In this document: one piece after another, positions 41,963 to 47,740 of the stretch
How positions within the stretch are numbered: the first letter of the stretch is position 1
Layout: every line of letters starts with the position of its first letter
NCBI GenBank assembly: GCA_040182905.1
Contig: JARQWU010000051.1
Coordinates: forward strand, 1 to 47,740
From: Barthelona sp. PAP020
Lineage: Eukaryota
Reading direction: 5' to 3'
Length of the DNA: 47,740 nt
Notes under the pieces: generated by a model
The model's input: only the letters and a program-made list of their open reading frames with translations
Database searches by the model: none
Told to the model about the DNA's origin: nothing
Program-made: the position numbers and the translations under genes

Positions 41963-44900
41963 ATGTCAGTTAGAATTAACAGAAATGCATATACAAATTT
42001 ATCTTTGAATAATGATGAACTGCATTTTGAACAGCCAAATAAAGACAGAAATGATAAGTATGAACTACCATGTGAGATTTGTTGTTGTCGTTGTAGAAAT
42101 ATTGAAATTTTGAACTGTGGACATGCATATTGTACAAGTTGTTATGTCGATTTATGTTATACTTGTTCTTATACGTATCTATCATCAAAATTAGCGCGAA
42201 AATATGTTACATCTAGTTTGACTCCACCTTATGTTTCATTATCAGATTTGTCTTTCATCATTAACGATAATTTGACATATGATGGAGGTTATTATCATTC
42301 ATATTGTGTAATGTTTCAAAATAATACTTATATGTTGCATATTATAGAAAAAGATTTTCGTTCAGATTATTTTTATGAAATTCCTTTTGAGTTTGAGAGT
42401 AATTTGTCCTATACCATTTCTCCATGTTATTTGGTTATTGACAAAGAATATCAACTTGTGGGTGTATTGTATGAGAAGCCGTTGACGACACTAGCTTCAA
42501 TTGAATTATCGACTGAACAATGGTATTATGTGTTGATACGAATCTTGAAAGGACTAAAAGCTCTTCACCACACATCTTTAGCTCATGGGCTTCTTACTTT
42601 TTATGACATTGTAGTTTTTGAAAATATTAATGATCAACACTCTTTTAATCATTATATTCCCTTTATAATACATTTTGGACATCGTAACACATTTAGAAAT
42701 GCTGTAAATAGACACTTGGATAAAAATTATTCATCAGTACAGAAGAATTCCATTTTTCATCAAAACACTCAATTTATTCAATCTAATTCAATCAATGCAT
42801 TATATTCTGAAGGATTAAATGCTGTTGCTGGTTCTTCTGAGTCAGATATTAATCCTTATTCCATATCTTTAAGCAACTCCAATTCTAACATTCTTACAGG
42901 TGTTTCTTCAACAAATTGTCGATTTCAAAATACCAATAATAACAGTAGTTTTCAAAATTCCAGTGGAGCTGGTAGTGATTTTGGCAGTGTTAATATAATT
43001 ACTGAAAGCAATTTTCATCCACCAACAATTGAAGAATTGCATAGTCAAACCGAGCAAACTTGGGATGACAGTATGTTATGTCCAAGTGTGCAACCTGGTT
43101 CTATTTCTGTTGATGAATCTTATCAATCCCAATTTAATTCAGTATCGGGAAGTGGAAAGAATATTTTAACTCGAAATAATACCAATACTTTTGTTTCTAA
43201 TGATTTAAATGGGGTAAATTTAGTGAGTAGTCATTTGGATGAATTTGGAGATTTTGAAAGTCAAGTTGCAAGGTCTATGTCTCGATTTATTCCGTTAACA
43301 ACTTCAACTTCAACATTACTTCAAATGGAAGAAAATGTCACACCTTCTTTAATCAATGTAACATTTGGTAATTGTTTATTTCATTGTCCTTTTGAATATT
43401 TACATTTTAAAACAGATAGTAGAGCTTGTGATATGTATTTTTTTGGTCAAATTTTAGCTAAATCACCTTTATGCTACAAATTTCCTTTTTTGATCAACAC
43501 CTTATTAAATTCTCAACCTTGGGAAAGACCTATCCCTGGTACATGTATTACTATTTTAAAAATGGGATTAAAATCAAAGGTATCTCAATTTATTAATGTT
43601 GATCCCACAAAATTGAAGTTAAGTAAACGTGGAAAGGCTGAAGTTTACAGAGGGTATCACTATCAAGAGTTTGATAACATAAAAACCAACATTAATCTGT
43701 TTCCAAAAGAATCCACCAAATATATTTCATTATCTTCAGAATTAACTATGTCAATTGATGGAGAAACCAATTCATCAATTATTAGTCCTTTTACAACTAA
43801 TAAAATTAATAGAATTGGTGTTTTTAATAGATCTTCCACCAAATCAACAAATTTAGCAAGTAAAGATCAAAATACTAGCAATTATACTCAAACACAAAAT
43901 CCTTCTCAATATCATCAATATCATCAAAAACAACAACAACAACAACAACAACAAACATCATCGTTTATTGGGTTTAAAGATACTTCTTCTTTTTGTTTAA
44001 ATCATAACAAATTAATTGAAAAGAAGAAAAGTATTTATAATATAAAAAAGTTCAAAAACCAAGAATTACAAATATTTAGAGAAGGGAAAATTCCTGATTC
44101 ATTCACTGTATTACGTAAATCTGAGAAATTTGCTGGAATTATTGCACTATTATTCTTATATATCATGATTTTCCAAATCATATTTTACTTTTATAATGAA
44201 ACAACTTTTCAAACAGTTTTATGTTTTTTAATTTTTACTTTACCTTTTTTATTATTGATTCAAAGAAAAAAATTTTTTAATTATAACAGAAAACATACTT
44301 TTTATGAAGAAAAAATGTTGAATGAATTATTATTAAATGATAATATGACCAATATAACTATAACTACAACAACAAATAACAATAATAATTCAACAATGAT
44401 ATTCAATGAAGAAATGAAAAAAAAAAATAAAGATGAAAATGAATTAATTGGAAAAGAAAATTATAAAACAATAAAATTTTTTGAAAATTTAGAATTTTTT
44501 GGAAGAATGAGTATTTCTATATTTTTAATATCTTTTTCAATATTTTATAAATTTATATATATATATATAATATTGTTTATAATATTAATAATTACAGCAA
44601 TTAGTTCATTTATTACTGAAGAGAATGAAAAATTAAATAAATTACACATTAAAAAAAACAAAAAAAAAATTTTAAAAACTAAAATCAATCAATTGTTTAG
44701 TAAAAATATTTATGTTCGTAGAATCATTATTTTTTGCTTGATAATCGATGTTTTATTCAAATTATTAATATACTTTAATTATTATTCAAATTCAAATAGT
44801 CTTAATATTACAACCATTTATTATTTGTTTGCTTTATCAATTTTAGAAATATTAATTATCATTTCTTTTCAATCAATTTGTTACCTTGCATTAGGTTTCT

Positions 44901-47245
44901 ATTGTTGTATTTTAACATTAATTAGTCATTCTGATAACGTTTTTACTCCTGAATTATACAAAATCTTTTGGTATAGTTATATTTTTTTGGTTTTTTTATT
45001 CATTATTGCATTCATTTTTACTTTATATTCTATTAATGATTACATAATGTACGAAATAGAAAATAGAATGGATACTATTTTCCCTTTAATGATCAAATTA
45101 TTTTATATTGCGTTTAAATGTTTAAATATGTTTGGTTTGTTTTTAAGTGGAAAATATGATCAATATTGTAATTATTTGGCAAATATTTCAACTCAAAGTC
45201 ATAATTTTTCCGCAGACAACTTTAACAAATCTCAATTTTTTGAACATAGTTTGTTATTGTTACGTGAAAAAGCTATGTTTGTAGGGAATGTTGTTATTAT
45301 TATTTTATTATTAGTTGTTACAATTTTATATCAAATTATTCAACCTTTCTTTTTCCTTTTTGAATTTCCTTTGATAAAATTAACAATAAATATAATTTAT
45401 TGTACATTATTGATAATTTTTATCTTTTTTATCAATATTTTAGTAATTAAAATGTTGTTTTATAAAAATTTTTATAATTTAGATGAAAAACTTTTCCATT
45501 TTCATGAAGTCTATTTACATACTTTTTGGAAAGTTTATAATATTATTTCAGTTATTTGTATGTATATCGCTAATGTAACAGCAATGATTAATGCGGATAT
45601 TATTGGTTTAATTCTATTTTTGAATTTTTTCATTTGGCAATTTAGCATTATTCAAAAAGCCTTTTTTAAAAAATTCTTTTGCAATCGTATTTTAAAATAT
45701 GATCTGTTTATAACTTTACTTGTGGCTATTGACATCTTTATTATTATTTTAAGAATTAAACATTTTGATAAGCAAGCTTCAATTTTTTATTTTATCTATT
45801 TATTGGTCATTTTTATATTTTTTGAAAGACCTTTACCTTTTAAGCCTAATTTTAATGTCTTGGCTTTAGTTTCATTGTTGTTTCCAATTGTTTTATTAGG
45901 AAATAATATCATTCAAGATATTCAATGTTCAATAATATTGTCTGCTTCTTTAATTAGTTTTTATTTCATTATTTTTTTTATTGATCGTAGATCTTTATTA
46001 CCAACTACCATTGACATTGGTTCAAGCATTATTGAAGTATCTTGTGAATTGTTTGGAAGAGATTTCAATCTTATTTATAAGATTTTGAAAAAATGTCAAT
46101 TATTTAAGCAGTTAAAGATTGGCAGCTTAGTTTTATCAACTGACAAAGTTGATGATTTGGTTTTTTTATTTAAATATCTTCATAAGAATGAACCTGAATG
46201 GTTTATTTCTGTTGATGGTAATATTCCTTCTTTAGCCATTACTGGAATCAATCCTGATGATCATAATTCGAATTTAACGCTGAATGTAGATGCTGCTTTA
46301 ACGAATACACAATTTTCTTTGTTGTTCTTAATGTTGAAATCGAATTTGTATGATGCTTCCATGTTTGATCAAATTATTTTAAGATCTAACAGATTTACAA
46401 AACATTTGACCAAAATATTCAAACATTTCTTGGATTCTCAAAAGAATTTAAGAAAATTAGTCATTATAGATAGTGAATTAACCAATGAATATGTTCAAAT
46501 GTTAAATTTTGACCATTTAAAGTTCTTAGAAGTATTGAATTTAAATTCAAATCTCATTGCCAATTCTGGGTTTAAATATTTGACAAAATCTTTGAAAGGT
46601 TATGCTTTACGTTCGGTAGATTTTGGTTTTAATGATTTATCCGATGTTTATTGTATTTCTGATCTATTTCAAAATCATTTCAGACAATTGACTTATGTTG
46701 ATATTGGTAATAACGAACTAATGATTCCAATGTTTGCCACTGATGTTTTAACTTTTTTGCCTGTTTTAAAATATTTGGATTTTTCTCATGGAAGTTTTAC
46801 TGCAAAAACTGTTCCAGTGTTTTGTTTTATGTTAAGTCAATCATTTTCTTTGGAGCAATTGATTTTTGATGGAAATCATGTTAGAGATAAAGGAATGAAT
46901 AAAGTTTTGGATTTGTTGTCTTCGTTTGTTTCATTAAAATATTTATCAATTGCAGACACACAAATTGGTCGTTCAACAGCCAAAGTTTTATATGAAAAAT
47001 TTAAAACTTCCAAATTAAAATCATTAGATGTGTCTAATAATATGATTAATGATTCAGGAATGATTTATTTGTACAATTTAATTTCGGAAAATGATAATTT
47101 AAAATATTTAAATTGTAGCTATAATTTTTATTCTCGTGGTAGTATCAGTCTTATGGAAACCGTAAATTCTGCAGGAGATAAAATTGTGAGATATACAGTG
47201 CCCAAAAGCACAAGAAGATTGGCAAAGAAAATTGATCGAAGTTAG
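41963..47245 (+). CDS. 1760-aa multidomain protein: RING-like finger, pseudokinase, polytopic membrane region, C-terminal RNI-like LRRs
   Basis: CEIC...LNCGHAYCTSC (RING-like). Kinase-like ILKGLKALH...HGLL, IIHFG, CPFE and CDMYFFG. Many hydrophobic segments at about 44130-45980. LxxLxLxxNxI repeats at about 46370-47140. Confidence 0.8.
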   Translation: MSVRINRNAYTNLSLNNDELHFEQPNKDRNDKYELPCEICCCRCRNIEILNCGHAYCTSCYVDLCYTCSYTYLSSKLARKYVTSSLTPPYVSLSDLSFIINDNLTYDGGYYHSYCVMFQNNTYMLHIIEKDFRSDYFYEIPFEFESNLSYTISPCYLVIDKEYQLVGVLYEKPLTTLASIELSTEQWYYVLIRILKGLKALHHTSLAHGLLTFYDIVVFENINDQHSFNHYIPFIIHFGHRNTFRNAVNRHLDKNYSSVQKNSIFHQNTQFIQSNSINALYSEGLNAVAGSSESDINPYSISLSNSNSNILTGVSSTNCRFQNTNNNSSFQNSSGAGSDFGSVNIITESNFHPPTIEELHSQTEQTWDDSMLCPSVQPGSISVDESYQSQFNSVSGSGKNILTRNNTNTFVSNDLNGVNLVSSHLDEFGDFESQVARSMSRFIPLTTSTSTLLQMEENVTPSLINVTFGNCLFHCPFEYLHFKTDSRACDMYFFGQILAKSPLCYKFPFLINTLLNSQPWERPIPGTCITILKMGLKSKVSQFINVDPTKLKLSKRGKAEVYRGYHYQEFDNIKTNINLFPKESTKYISLSSELTMSIDGETNSSIISPFTTNKINRIGVFNRSSTKSTNLASKDQNTSNYTQTQNPSQYHQYHQKQQQQQQQQTSSFIGFKDTSSFCLNHNKLIEKKKSIYNIKKFKNQELQIFREGKIPDSFTVLRKSEKFAGIIALLFLYIMIFQIIFYFYNETTFQTVLCFLIFTLPFLLLIQRKKFFNYNRKHTFYEEKMLNELLLNDNMTNITITTTTNNNNNSTMIFNEEMKKKNKDENELIGKENYKTIKFFENLEFFGRMSISIFLISFSIFYKFIYIYIILFIILIITAISSFITEENEKLNKLHIKKNKKKILKTKINQLFSKNIYVRRIIIFCLIIDVLFKLLIYFNYYSNSNSLNITTIYYLFALSILEILIIISFQSICYLALGFYCCILTLISHSDNVFTPELYKIFWYSYIFLVFLFIIAFIFTLYSINDYIMYEIENRMDTIFPLMIKLFYIAFKCLNMFGLFLSGKYDQYCNYLANISTQSHNFSADNFNKSQFFEHSLLLLREKAMFVGNVVIIILLLVVTILYQIIQPFFFLFEFPLIKLTINIIYCTLLIIFIFFINILVIKMLFYKNFYNLDEKLFHFHEVYLHTFWKVYNIISVICMYIANVTAMINADIIGLILFLNFFIWQFSIIQKAFFKKFFCNRILKYDLFITLLVAIDIFIIILRIKHFDKQASIFYFIYLLVIFIFFERPLPFKPNFNVLALVSLLFPIVLLGNNIIQDIQCSIILSASLISFYFIIFFIDRRSLLPTTIDIGSSIIEVSCELFGRDFNLIYKILKKCQLFKQLKIGSLVLSTDKVDDLVFLFKYLHKNEPEWFISVDGNIPSLAITGINPDDHNSNLTLNVDAALTNTQFSLLFLMLKSNLYDASMFDQIILRSNRFTKHLTKIFKHFLDSQKNLRKLVIIDSELTNEYVQMLNFDHLKFLEVLNLNSNLIANSGFKYLTKSLKGYALRSVDFGFNDLSDVYCISDLFQNHFRQLTYVDIGNNELMIPMFATDVLTFLPVLKYLDFSHGSFTAKTVPVFCFMLSQSFSLEQLIFDGNHVRDKGMNKVLDLLSSFVSLKYLSIADTQIGRSTAKVLYEKFKTSKLKSLDVSNNMINDSGMIYLYNLISENDNLKYLNCSYNFYSRGSISLMETVNSAGDKIVRYTVPKSTRRLAKKIDRS
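43931..43953 (+). repeat. (CAA)n microsatellite encoding poly-Gln
   Basis: Uninterrupted CAA run inside the 1760-aa ORF. Confidence 0.85.
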
Positions 47246-47740
47246 TTTTATGGTTTTTTATTTTCTTCCGAAAGAGGATTTGATCAAATCCCTCATTAAT
47301 TTATGACTACAAAATGGTAAAGCAGAAACAAAGAATTTCGAAGAAAAGCAAATAAATACTTATTTTTTCCTTTTACAAGAAAATTTTGGCATGTATAAAC
47401 ACATAGACAATTCTTTTTTTTTTTTTTTGAGATATTTTTTGCGATGACAAACTTTGTAAAAGATTTCTCTTCAAACAATTCACATATGATTTAATTTGAA
47501 TATACACGGAAAGATTATGTAAACAAACTTGCAAAATTCCTTGTTTTTCAAAACTCAAAGCTACACAATTTTTTCCCTTCAAATGCAGCTCGTTCATATC
47601 TTAATTGTGCTATTAATATGTTTTATTGCAATAGCTTTGTGTGATGTTCAAACGATGAGTTTAAAAAAAGATTCTAATGGTCATTGGTATTACAGTTTCA
47701 TTGAAACTTCAGAATATGTTGCTTTGGGCAAATTTTCAAA

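Noticed and set aside
1..47740. CRISPR arrays, rRNA, tRNA genes and transposase/RT genes
   Set aside because: No repeat-spacer arrays, rRNA-like segments, canonical tRNA A/B boxes or mobile-element ORFs were seen by eye. tRNAscan-SE and Rfam scans would be needed to exclude small RNAs.

Overview
Very AT-rich, gene-dense eukaryotic DNA, most consistent with a flagellated protist (DNAAF5-like and CEP41-like ciliary genes, standard genetic code, rare 37-43 nt spliceosomal introns near gene 5' ends, intergenic gaps as short as 38-60 bp). It holds about 21 intact protein genes, including LSM12-like, DNAAF5-like, an LRR protein, an ABCC transporter, nucleoredoxin, ACSL, CEP41, Trm3/TARBP1, an AmmeMemoRadiSam-type radical SAM enzyme, RINT1-like, CCA-adding enzyme, OSTC, RasGEF, PDCD5, UBXN4-like, calpain, USP, bromodomain, and a 1760-aa RING/pseudokinase/multi-TM/LRR protein. 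There are two pseudogenes (glycogen phosphorylase, WD40). Two elements missed by the ORF track stand out. One is a 48-codon minus-strand ORF (854-1000) with an in-frame TGA at codon 3, a p97-binding SHP-like box and a SECIS-like hairpin in its 3' UTR, making it a candidate new micro-selenoprotein. The other is a 276-nt intergenic multi-hairpin element (35005-35280) closed by a perfect 10-bp inverted repeat, a candidate structured ncRNA. All family calls come from motif recognition by eye, with no database searches.
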